Assembly (NCBI GenBank): GCA_902542145.1
Contig: CACBTL010000001.1
Location: 10,389 to 74,388, forward strand
Source of the DNA: an uncultured SAR86 cluster bacterium
Lineage (GTDB): Bacteria; Pseudomonadota; Gammaproteobacteria; Magnimaribacterales; AG-339-G14
Reading direction: 5' to 3'
DNA length: 64,000 nt
This document shows positions 52,291 to 61,325 of the stretch, piece after piece; within the stretch, counting starts at the first letter, position 1; every line of letters begins with the position of its first letter. The position numbers and the translations under genes were made by a program. The notes beneath the pieces were generated by a model, which did not search any database, had not been told where the DNA came from, and worked only from the letters and a program-made list of their open reading frames with translations.

Positions 52291-53556
52291 ATGAATCCAT
52301 ATAGGTTACTTTTCTTTTTGACGCTTCTGAATCTTTTAAATTTTGTGGACCGTCAACTCATTGCGAGCTTTGCAAATTTTATTGTTCCTGACCTAGGCTT
52401 AACTGATTGGCAGTACGGCATTTTAACTGGATTAGCTTTTGTCTTTTTTTATTCAATTATGGGATTGTTCATGGGAACGCTGGCAGATAAGTACAATAGA
52501 CCAAGATTAATTGGTTTTGGGGTTCTACTGTGGAGTGTTTTTACTGCGCTTACAGGTGCTGCCAAAGGATTTATAAGTATGGCTATTCCTAGGGCCTTCA
52601 TTGGAGTTGGAGAATCAATCTTAACGCCAACATCCATGTCCATGCTTTCAGATAGCTTTCCAGCAAATAGGATGGGTTTTGCTGCTGGGGTTTATTATAT
52701 GGGTGTTCCTATCGGAGTTGGGATAAGTCTCCTTATAGTAGGATTTCTTGGTGAGCCTCTAGGATGGAGAAACTGTTTTTACATTTTGGGAGGTATCGGA
52801 GCAGTTTTAGGGATCGTTGCATTTTTCTTTAAAGATCGCCCTAGAAAACACCTTATCGATAATCCAGATGAGGTTAATCTCTCTTTTTCAGAGATAGTTT
52901 CTACTTTAAGGCAAGCCTTGACCTCTTCTAATGCATTAATCTTAACCATAGCTGGAGGAGTTCTTTATCATGTAGCACTGGGAGCAGCAGTTTTTGAACA
53001 ACTTTGGTATGCCCAAGAAAGAGGTTTTGAAAGATCAGAAATTGCTCAACTAACTGGGATCATTGGTGTGGTTGCGGGTCTTGCAGGAAACTTGTTTGGT
53101 GGTTTAATGAGCGACTGGTGGCTGAGAACTTTCAATCAAGGTCGTCCAATGTTTCTTTTTTGGCTCACTCTGTTGCTATTACCTCTTGGAATAATTTACA
53201 GATTCGTAGAACCAAATACTTTTATTTTTTGGCTGGGAGTTTTAATCGGTTATTTCCAACTAGGATGTTTTTATGGTCCTACTTTTTCAACCGTTCAGGA
53301 GCTTGTGCCGCCTAAAATAAGAGCTACTGTAGTAGCATTTTATATTTTATGCCTAAACCTTATAGGTCTTACATTTGGCTCTTTAGGAGGTGGAATCTTT
53401 ACTGATCTTTTAAGATCATTTGATGTGGCTGAACCATATACAATAATGCTTGTTACTTTCTCTTTGATAGCTGGATTAGCTATACCTTGCTATTATTTTG
53501 GTGGCAAAATCTATGAATCAGATAGAAAAAGACTTTTGGAAGAATTTAACAATTGA
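52291..53556 (+). CDS. MFS transporter
   Basis: 421 aa with about 12 predicted TM segments and the MFS loop motif GTLADKYNRPRLIG. Substrate unknown. Confidence 0.85.
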   Translation: MNPYRLLFFLTLLNLLNFVDRQLIASFANFIVPDLGLTDWQYGILTGLAFVFFYSIMGLFMGTLADKYNRPRLIGFGVLLWSVFTALTGAAKGFISMAIPRAFIGVGESILTPTSMSMLSDSFPANRMGFAAGVYYMGVPIGVGISLLIVGFLGEPLGWRNCFYILGGIGAVLGIVAFFFKDRPRKHLIDNPDEVNLSFSEIVSTLRQALTSSNALILTIAGGVLYHVALGAAVFEQLWYAQERGFERSEIAQLTGIIGVVAGLAGNLFGGLMSDWWLRTFNQGRPMFLFWLTLLLLPLGIIYRFVEPNTFIFWLGVLIGYFQLGCFYGPTFSTVQELVPPKIRATVVAFYILCLNLIGLTFGSLGGGIFTDLLRSFDVAEPYTIMLVTFSLIAGLAIPCYYFGGKIYESDRKRLLEEFNN

Positions 53557-54707
53557 AATTAAAAGATTGTCATAACATTAGCGATTTAAGAAAAGCTGCA
53601 GAAAAAAGATTGCCAGCAGCAATGTTCCATTACATTGATGGTGCTGCAGGAGATGAATGGACAATAAAACACAATACAAATTCCTTTGAACAATACGAAG
53701 TGATTCCGAATTATTTAGTTGATGTAGATAAAATTGATACTTCAACAAAGGTTCTTGGGACACAGATTGATTGGCCATACATATGCTCGCCCACCGGCTA
53801 TCACAGATTATTTCATCACGAAGGTGAAATAGCAGCAGCAAATGCTGCAAGTGATATGGGTACGATTTTTTGCCTCTCTACCCTTTCAACAACTACTATC
53901 GAAGAGGTTGCAGAAAAATCTAAAGGTCCTAAGGTTTTTCAAATTTATGTTCTGAAGGACAGAAGTATCTCAGTCGAATACATTGAAAGATGTAAAGCTG
54001 CTAATTACGATGCTCTCTGCTTGACTATTGATGTTCCTGTTAACGGCAGACGAGAAAGAGATCTACGCACTGGCATGACCGTGCCACCAAAATTAACACT
54101 AAAGTCTTACCTAAATATCGCCAGTAAATTTGATTGGACATTGAATTATCTTACTCATCCACCCACGCCATCTATGGTCAATATTGAGCACAGGTTGAAA
54201 GATGCTGCTAACGATATTTCTGTAATGGATTTTATGAACAGTCAGTTTGATAGGACCGTTACTTGGAAAGATGCAGAGTGGATGATAGGTCAATGGGATA
54301 AGGCTTTTGCGGTCAAAGGAATTTTATCTGTAGAAGATGCTAAACGGGCAAAGGATATTGGTGCTTCAGCAATAATGATTTCAAATCATGGAGGAAGACA
54401 ACTGGATGGATGTCCAGCGCCATTTGAAATGTTGAAAGAAATTAGAGATGTTGTTGGAGACTCTATTGAGATTATAGTTGATGGTGGTATTAGAAGAGGG
54501 ATTCATGTCATAAAAGCTCTCGCCATGGGAGCTAATGCCTGTATGGGCGGTAGACCTTACCTTTACGGACTATCTGTAGGAGGCTACAACGGAGCTAAAT
54601 ATGCGTTACAACTTTTAAAAGATGAAGTTGAACAAAGCATGATCCTAACAGGAGTCAAAAACGTTAATGAATTAAATAGATCTTTTTTGAGGAGACCCGG
54701 AGAATGA
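53553..54707 (+). CDS. FMN-dependent alpha-hydroxy-acid oxidase/dehydrogenase (LldD / glycolate-oxidase family)
   Basis: 384 aa. Aligns with E. coli LldD from memory (FHYIDGAAGDE, FQIYV, TIDVPVNGRRERD, VKGI, SNHGGRQLDG, DGGIRRG). TTG start overlaps the MFS stop. Confidence 0.88.
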   Translation: MKLKDCHNISDLRKAAEKRLPAAMFHYIDGAAGDEWTIKHNTNSFEQYEVIPNYLVDVDKIDTSTKVLGTQIDWPYICSPTGYHRLFHHEGEIAAANAASDMGTIFCLSTLSTTTIEEVAEKSKGPKVFQIYVLKDRSISVEYIERCKAANYDALCLTIDVPVNGRRERDLRTGMTVPPKLTLKSYLNIASKFDWTLNYLTHPPTPSMVNIEHRLKDAANDISVMDFMNSQFDRTVTWKDAEWMIGQWDKAFAVKGILSVEDAKRAKDIGASAIMISNHGGRQLDGCPAPFEMLKEIRDVVGDSIEIIVDGGIRRGIHVIKALAMGANACMGGRPYLYGLSVGGYNGAKYALQLLKDEVEQSMILTGVKNVNELNRSFLRRPGE

Positions 54708-56845
54708 GAATTAGATTACTGATTATTTTAGCTTTGTTAAATCTTAATGTGTTTGCGGTTGAGGGTATGTGGGAGCCTTCTCAAATGGGCAATTTAAAAA
54801 AGGAGTTAAAAAATACAGGGTATTCAAGAGACGCAGATGATCTAACAGATTTATTTTCTTTCCCACTTAATGCAATAGTGAGTCTTGGTGGATGCTCTGC
54901 ATCGTTTGTCTCTCCAGAAGGTCTTATTGCAACAAATTACCATTGTATCGAAGGGTCATATTTACAATTTAACTCTTCCGAAAAGGAGAATTTATTCGAA
55001 ACCGGATTTGTTGCTAGAAGCAAATCAGAGGAAAAACCTTCTGCGCCTGGGTCAAGTGCTTATGTCACTCAAAGCATCACCAATGTTACCAAGGCTGTGT
55101 TGAGACAAACAGAAAACCTTAAAGATGACCTTGATAGATACAATAAAATTGAAAGTAATAAAAAAAGCATCATTGAACAATGCGAGACAAGCGATGAAAT
55201 AAGATGCAATGTAAGATCATTTTTCAGCGGAGAGACTTATCAATTAGAAAAAAGATTAAAAATAAGAGATGTTCGATTGGTCTACGCTCCTCCTGCTTCG
55301 ATAGGTGAGTACGGCGGCGAGATAGATAATTGGATGTTCCCAAGGCATACAGGGGATTTTGCCTTGTTGCGAGCTTATGTGGCTCCCGATGGAAGCAGCA
55401 AAGAATTTGCTAACCAAAATAAACCATATAAATCCAAGAACTATTTAAAGATATCAGCAAAAGGAGTTCAAGAAGGTGATTTTGTTATGGTTGCCGGATA
55501 TCCAGGCACAACCAACAGGTTGCTTACATATAACGAAGTAGATTTTGATATAGAGGAAGGATTTAAAGGTTTCGTTAATTTTTTAAAATCTGGGATAGAC
55601 ATCATGAGGTCTTCTACGAAAGATGAAGATGGTTCTTCTTTAAAATATAGAGGATTAATTAGTGGTTATGAGAATTATTATAAAAAAATATCAGGACAAA
55701 TAGATGGTGCAGAGTTATTCAAAGTGCAAGACAAAGCTAATTCTGATTGGTTAGGTTTCATAGATTATTTAAATGAAGAAGGCTCTAAACAAGAAAAGGG
55801 GTCTTTAGGTTCGCTTCTTTCTTTGATTGATGATCAAAAGGCAAAAGAGTTACCTAATTATTATTATGGAAATTCAAGAATGATTTCCACCGCTCAAAGA
55901 ATTTACAGATACGCCTATGAAAGAACCAAACCAAATGATCAACGAGAAATTGGCTTCCAAGAGAGAGATCATGAAAATATTGTGAATGGAATTAAATCTC
56001 TTGATTATCGTCTTGATAAAAGAGTTGATAAAGAAATTTTTATTAACCGACTTCAAAAATATAGAACTTTTGAAGGAAATTTAAGAAGGCCACAATTTAG
56101 CAATTATTTTCAACTAGATGCAGACTTTAAAAAGTCTAAAAAAATTGTTGAAGATATCTACTCACAAAAATCATTATTGGATTCGGCTGAAGATAGACTT
56201 TCCTTGATTGACTTATCTCTAGATGAACTCAATTCAATTGAAGATCCTTTCATTAACGTTGCTAGGATTCTATTTGATGAGCAAATGGAGTATGAAAACA
56301 TTGCTAAGTCTGAAGCTAGCGAAAAACAAAGACTCAAATCAACTTTCATAAAATCGTTAAGAAAATATTATAAAAGTATTGGAAAGTCATTGTACTCAGA
56401 TGCTAACGGTACCCTCAGAATTACTTTTGGTAACGTTAAGGGAGTATCTCTAGAGGACGGCATTACCTATGGTCCATTTACGCGTTTAGAAGGTATTAAT
56501 AAAAAACATAGCGGAGAGGAGCCTTTTGATGCTCCAGATAAGCTAATGGATTTAATCTCTCAAAAAAATTATGGGAGATATGAGTTGGAATCCTTAGGTT
56601 CTGTTCCGGTGAATTTTTTGTGCGATCTTGATATTACAAATGGAAATTCAGGGTCAGCCACGCTAAACGGTAAAGGTGAGTTGGTAGGTCTTGCTTTTGA
56701 TGGGATGCTTCAGACGATTATCGCTGACTATAAATATATTCCAGAAGCGAGAACTATATCTGTAGATTCAAGGTACTTTCTTTGGACTTTAGAGAAGTTT
56801 GATGAAGCTAGAAATATTCTTGAAGAGTTATCGATTGAATACTAA
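54704..56845 (+). CDS. Peptidase S46 family dipeptidyl-peptidase (DPP7/DPP11-like), secreted
   Basis: 713 aa. A signal peptide precedes EGMWEP. Catalytic motifs are present: GGCSASFVSPEGLIATNYHC (His), GDFALLRA (Asp) and ITNGNSGSA (Ser). Confidence 0.88.
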   Translation: MRIRLLIILALLNLNVFAVEGMWEPSQMGNLKKELKNTGYSRDADDLTDLFSFPLNAIVSLGGCSASFVSPEGLIATNYHCIEGSYLQFNSSEKENLFETGFVARSKSEEKPSAPGSSAYVTQSITNVTKAVLRQTENLKDDLDRYNKIESNKKSIIEQCETSDEIRCNVRSFFSGETYQLEKRLKIRDVRLVYAPPASIGEYGGEIDNWMFPRHTGDFALLRAYVAPDGSSKEFANQNKPYKSKNYLKISAKGVQEGDFVMVAGYPGTTNRLLTYNEVDFDIEEGFKGFVNFLKSGIDIMRSSTKDEDGSSLKYRGLISGYENYYKKISGQIDGAELFKVQDKANSDWLGFIDYLNEEGSKQEKGSLGSLLSLIDDQKAKELPNYYYGNSRMISTAQRIYRYAYERTKPNDQREIGFQERDHENIVNGIKSLDYRLDKRVDKEIFINRLQKYRTFEGNLRRPQFSNYFQLDADFKKSKKIVEDIYSQKSLLDSAEDRLSLIDLSLDELNSIEDPFINVARILFDEQMEYENIAKSEASEKQRLKSTFIKSLRKYYKSIGKSLYSDANGTLRITFGNVKGVSLEDGITYGPFTRLEGINKKHSGEEPFDAPDKLMDLISQKNYGRYELESLGSVPVNFLCDLDITNGNSGSATLNGKGELVGLAFDGMLQTIIADYKYIPEARTISVDSRYFLWTLEKFDEARNILEELSIEY

Positions 56846-58743
56846 GAAATGACTGTGCTTTTAACAGGTTTGTTTCTTGCAGCCCAAATAAGTCTTAGGA
56901 TTTTGACAATAAATAACCTAACAGTTCGATCATAAAAAGATATCTTTTCTTTAGTATCTTTGGTCTCTGATGTTTGCTTCCCTCTTATGACTTTACCTGG
57001 AAGAGTTCCGGTCGCTTGACCATTCTCATAAACAACCTCACCACTTTTAATGGTTGCTAAATAACCAAAGGATTCCTGAACAAGCCTTTTCCCACCTTTA
57101 GGAAGATCAAAGATCATTTTTGGAAGAGAGACATTTAATTTTTCAAAATCAATAATGTTGATATCTGCAATCATTCCAGTTTTGATTTCTCCCCTATCAA
57201 ATAGTCCATAAGTTTCAGCAGTGTCTTTTGTCTGCTTTCTAATGATAAGTTCTAAAGGAATTTTATTGCCTGCTGATCTATCTCTTGCCCAATGAGATAA
57301 ATTTGTTGTGGGCATGCTTGCATCACAAATGAGGCCGCAATGCGCTCCTCCATCACTCCCACCAGCCACAGACGATTTAAGTTTATAGAATGTTTCAACG
57401 AACTTAAGTTTATGATTTTCATAAGGGGTGAAACATGCGTAAATTAAACTTTTACCGTCATCTTTTATCAATTCGTCGTAAATAACCTCTTCTTCTGACT
57501 GGTTTCTCTGTTCAGCTAAGTAAGCAATACTATCTTCTCTTGATGGTTCGTAATTAGGAGGATCACTTAAAATAAATTGAGTTTCATAGTTAGAAATTAG
57601 TTTTTTACCTATTTCTGCTTCAGCTTTTATTTCTTCTTTAGTCTTGTTAGATTTTTGTTCTTTAGCAGCTTTCTGTAAATCTTCTCTAAAGCTTGGCGAC
57701 TCATTTAAAATTTTTTGCTTAAAAGCAGGATCCCTCATAATTGACAGTCTCTCGTTGAGGGGAAGATGAGAAATATCTTTGTAGGAAGGATGACCTATAA
57801 ATGGATGCAAAGAACTTTCTAGACCAAACATAAGTCCCACGTTTCTTCCTGGGAACTGAGGTCGAACATTTTTACCTTTAAGAAACTGTTCTTCGCAGTA
57901 AAGAATGGTTTTAACGGAGTCGCCATTAGTTTGAAGAACAGTTAAACCGCAATCAGACTTTTCAACGTATTCTTTCATCCATGACATTTCTATTTCTTGG
58001 TCCAGCCAATCAGATACAATTTCTAAAGTACCCTCACCCGCTCGATCCACTGCAAAAGCAAGTTCTTTCATTTCTTCTGAGCTTGCTTCTGTTCCAGGCA
58101 CATAAACACCATGGACGTCCCTGTGTAAGATAGTTCTTGATGTACTGAATCCTAACGCGCCTGCATTAATGGCTTTTTCTACTATTTCTGACATTTGGTT
58201 TATTTCATCTTTAGATGCATCGACTTGGTTTTGACATCTGTCATAGCCCATGACATAGCTTCTTACCGGTCCATGCCCGACCATAAACCCTAAATCCATT
58301 ACAAATTCTTTCCTTTCAATTGCATCAAGAAATTCAGGAAAAGTTTCCCACTCCCAATCAATACCTTCATGCAGTGCAGTACCTGGTATGTCCTCAACAC
58401 CTTCCATAAGTTGAATAAGGAAATTTTCATCTCCGGGTTTCACGGGTGCGAACCCAACTCCACAGTTGCCCATAACAACTGTGGTTACTCCATGCCAGCT
58501 CGAAGGAGTTAAATAAGGATCCCAACAAACTTGTCCATCGTAATGTGTGTGAATATCTACCCATCCAGGAGAAACAAGGTTTCCATCAGCATCAATTTCT
58601 TTTTTACCGGAGTTAATGACCTCACCGACTTTGGTGATATTTCCCTCATCAATTGCAATGTCTCCAAGAAAAGGTTTTTTTCCTGATCCATCAACTATAT
58701 TGCCGTTTCTAATAACTAAATCATGTATGTGCATCTCTCTCAT
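56842..58743 (-). CDS. N-acyl-D-amino-acid deacylase (D-aminoacylase) family amidohydrolase
   Basis: 633 aa. N-terminus is DLVIRNGNIVDGSG...GDIAIDEGNITKVG...IDADGNLVSPGWVDIHTHYD (HxH metal site). Also has a Lys/Glu-rich insertion and an amphipathic C-terminal tail. Confidence 0.8.
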   Translation of the reverse strand: MREMHIHDLVIRNGNIVDGSGKKPFLGDIAIDEGNITKVGEVINSGKKEIDADGNLVSPGWVDIHTHYDGQVCWDPYLTPSSWHGVTTVVMGNCGVGFAPVKPGDENFLIQLMEGVEDIPGTALHEGIDWEWETFPEFLDAIERKEFVMDLGFMVGHGPVRSYVMGYDRCQNQVDASKDEINQMSEIVEKAINAGALGFSTSRTILHRDVHGVYVPGTEASSEEMKELAFAVDRAGEGTLEIVSDWLDQEIEMSWMKEYVEKSDCGLTVLQTNGDSVKTILYCEEQFLKGKNVRPQFPGRNVGLMFGLESSLHPFIGHPSYKDISHLPLNERLSIMRDPAFKQKILNESPSFREDLQKAAKEQKSNKTKEEIKAEAEIGKKLISNYETQFILSDPPNYEPSREDSIAYLAEQRNQSEEEVIYDELIKDDGKSLIYACFTPYENHKLKFVETFYKLKSSVAGGSDGGAHCGLICDASMPTTNLSHWARDRSAGNKIPLELIIRKQTKDTAETYGLFDRGEIKTGMIADINIIDFEKLNVSLPKMIFDLPKGGKRLVQESFGYLATIKSGEVVYENGQATGTLPGKVIRGKQTSETKDTKEKISFYDRTVRLFIVKILRLIWAARNKPVKSTVIS

Positions 58744-58785
58744 AGACTTATTATGTATCTGTAATGAGAAAAATTGAAGTATTTT

Positions 58786-58861
58786 TGGTGGAGCCAGGCG
58801 GGATCGAACCGCCGACCTCCTGCGTGCAAAGCAGGCGCTCTCCCAGCTGAGCTATGGCCCC
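58786..58861 (-). tRNA. tRNA-Ala (anticodon UGC)
   Basis: Hand-folded. Acceptor GGGGCCA/TGGCTCC with G3:U70, anticodon stem CCTGC/GCAGG with loop TTTGCAC, T-arm GGCGGTTCGATCCCGCC, encoded CCA. Confidence 0.92.
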
Positions 58862-58909
58862 AAAAGAAGGGGGTAGATTAGAGAAAGATGTAAGAAATGT
58901 CTAACTTTT

Positions 58910-59584
58910 TTAAGCAGGCAGTGCATTAGAGATAGCTTTTAGAAGAGGTCTCTGGTGTGCTTGCTTAGTTTTTAAATAATGAGGATGGCCTAAAGTAGCT
59001 AAATCTTCTGCCTTCTCCATTATTCTTTTTTCAAAATCTGAAGGTGATACTATTTCATCGAGTAGTCCGGCCTCAATACACTTATCAAAAGGATAAGGAT
59101 CAGCATGATAAAGCACAGAATAAACATGCTTTTTATCTATTCTGCTTTCAGCAACTTCCATAATAGGAGAGGGAATATCCATGTTATTTCTAACTTCGTT
59201 TGCCTGAGCGACAAATTTTCCTTCAAGTGCAATCCTATAGTCCCCGCAACATACTATAAAGAGGCCCATTGCAATAGTGTGTCCAGTTACAGCCATAATC
59301 ACAGGTCTGGGAAAAGTATATAAGTCGTGCATTGTTTTCATTCCCATCTCAACCATTTTTTTGGATTTTTCTGCATCTTCACCTTGAATAGTTTTTAGAT
59401 CAAAGCCTGCGGAGAATATTCCTTCTCTCCCTCTTACGATCAATGCGCCTTTATCTTTTGGCACTTCTGCTAAGCATTGCTGAATAGACTCAAGCATTTC
59501 TAACGAGCACACGTTAACTTTTCCATCATCTAAAACTATCGTTGAGATGTCACCATCAGTACTTAAAGTTGCTATCTCTGTCAT
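58910..59584 (-). CDS. Enoyl-CoA hydratase/isomerase (crotonase) family protein
   Basis: 224 aa containing GREGIFSAGFDL (oxyanion-hole segment) and AVTGHTIAMG, typical of crotonase-fold enzymes. Substrate unknown. Confidence 0.78.
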   Translation of the reverse strand: MTEIATLSTDGDISTIVLDDGKVNVCSLEMLESIQQCLAEVPKDKGALIVRGREGIFSAGFDLKTIQGEDAEKSKKMVEMGMKTMHDLYTFPRPVIMAVTGHTIAMGLFIVCCGDYRIALEGKFVAQANEVRNNMDIPSPIMEVAESRIDKKHVYSVLYHADPYPFDKCIEAGLLDEIVSPSDFEKRIMEKAEDLATLGHPHYLKTKQAHQRPLLKAISNALPA

Positions 59585-59598
59585 AATTTCTCCTAAAT

Positions 59599-60180
59599 CT
59601 ATATTAAATCACAAGCCTCGGCAGGCATCCAATGTGCATCTTTACCGTCCCATTTTATATTGCAACCGATTGGATTGGTAATAGGCGTAGTAATTATTTT
59701 ATTTCCTAAGTGTTCATCAATGGCAGTTTCAAGATCGTTCTGAGAAGCTAAAGAGGGATTTTTTGGATTATCTATTGACCTGCCAGTATAAATAAGCTCT
59801 CTACTCTGATTGAATAAAAAAAAGTGAGGTGTTTTCAACGCTCCAAATGTTTGCGCTATCTCTTGTGTTGAATCACAAAGATAATCCCAAGGGAAATTGA
59901 ATTCTTTCATTCTATTTTGCATATTTTCAAAGCTATCCTCTTCATAAGTATTAGGGCTATTAGAGTTGATACAAACAAATTTGATACCTTTTTCTAAGTA
60001 CTTTTCAGCACTTATTCTAGTAGCTTCATCAGATCCGATGACGTAAGGACAATGGTTGCAAGTAAATGAAATAACTAATAACTCGTAAGATGCGTAATTG
60101 GAAAGACTATAAAATTTTTCGTCAGTTGCTAAAAGATTAAAATCTGGCGCGTCTTGTCCTATTTCCAAAGTATAAGCCAT
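59599..60180 (-). CDS. Thioredoxin-fold redoxin (AhpC/TSA-TlpA-like, CxxC)
   Basis: Contains GQDAPDFNL...LLVISFTCNHCPYV (CxxC) and GALKTPHFFLF. ATG 60180 is preferred over the TTG at 60204. Confidence 0.75.
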   Translation of the reverse strand: MAYTLEIGQDAPDFNLLATDEKFYSLSNYASYELLVISFTCNHCPYVIGSDEATRISAEKYLEKGIKFVCINSNSPNTYEEDSFENMQNRMKEFNFPWDYLCDSTQEIAQTFGALKTPHFFLFNQSRELIYTGRSIDNPKNPSLASQNDLETAIDEHLGNKIITTPITNPIGCNIKWDGKDAHWMPAEACDLI

Positions 60181-60245
60181 GATTGAAATTCTACTGTTCT
60201 GCAATAATTAGATCAATTTTGAATGAAAAAGATTTATAGGTATTT

Positions 60246-60322
<77 letters not shown>

Positions 60323-60374
60323 ATATGAAATGGAATGCAACCTTAGCAAGCAATTATCAATAAATAAAGTTAAA

Positions 60375-61325
60375 TTAATTCTCGGAATCCCTTCTTATTA
60401 CATAAGGACGGTTTTTATTCGAAAAGTAAATTCTTACCACCACTTCAGCCAATAATCCGGTTGTTAAAAGTTGGGTTCCAAACACAACAGAAAGTATTCC
60501 GCCGTAAAATAAAGGTCTATCGCCTAGGTCTATGCCGAGCATTATTTTTTGGGCACTTAATATAAATAAGATAATTATTCCAAGGCCCAGAAACACTAAA
60601 CCAGGAAAACCAAAAAAGTGTGCTGGTTTAGATAAAAATCTTTGGAAAAAAATAATTGAAAATAAATCCAAAGGTACTCTCGCAATTCTTCCAAACCCAT
60701 ACTTACTCTCGCCAGCAATTCTAGGTCTATGATTTACAACCTCCTCGCTTATTCTTGCCTTATCTGTATATAGACTCATCCAAGCAGGAATTAACCGATG
60801 CATTTCACCGAACAATTGAACCGCTTTGAGGGTTTTATTTCTGTAGACCTTTAAGCTACATCCGTAATCATGGAGCTTAATATCAGTCGACCAGCCTATT
60901 AAAGAATTTGCCATCTTTGATATGAGACTTCTAAGAAAAGGATCTTTTCTGTCTTTTCTCCATCCAACAATTAAATCCAATTTTTCTTCTTTCAGCCTAT
61001 TCAAGAGTCTTAAAATATCCTTCGGATCGTTTTGAAGGTCTCCATCCAAAGTTGCTATGTATTTTCCTTGCACGTGGTCAAAACCTGCTTGCATTGCAGC
61101 TGTTTGCCCTGAATTCCTTCCTAATTGCAGGTACCTGACTTCTTTTTTTACTTTGGCAATTGATTCACATATATCCCCAGTATTATCTTTGCTTGAATCA
61201 TCAACAATGAGTAATTCCCATTCTTTGTCTAGAGATTCCATCGATTGATAAATTTCATCGACGAGAGGTTTTATATTTTCTTCCTCGTTGTAAACAGGAA
61301 CAACAATGCTTAAATAAGTCTTCAT
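60375..61325 (-). CDS. Polyprenyl-phosphate glycosyltransferase, GT2 (ArnC/GtrB/DPM1-like)
   Basis: 316 aa containing VVPVYNEEENI, DGDLQNDP, DYGCSLKVYR and GESKY, plus two C-terminal TM helices. Collinear with E. coli ArnC as recalled. Confidence 0.88.
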   Translation of the reverse strand: MKTYLSIVVPVYNEEENIKPLVDEIYQSMESLDKEWELLIVDDSSKDNTGDICESIAKVKKEVRYLQLGRNSGQTAAMQAGFDHVQGKYIATLDGDLQNDPKDILRLLNRLKEEKLDLIVGWRKDRKDPFLRSLISKMANSLIGWSTDIKLHDYGCSLKVYRNKTLKAVQLFGEMHRLIPAWMSLYTDKARISEEVVNHRPRIAGESKYGFGRIARVPLDLFSIIFFQRFLSKPAHFFGFPGLVFLGLGIIILFILSAQKIMLGIDLGDRPLFYGGILSVVFGTQLLTTGLLAEVVVRIYFSNKNRPYVIRRDSEN

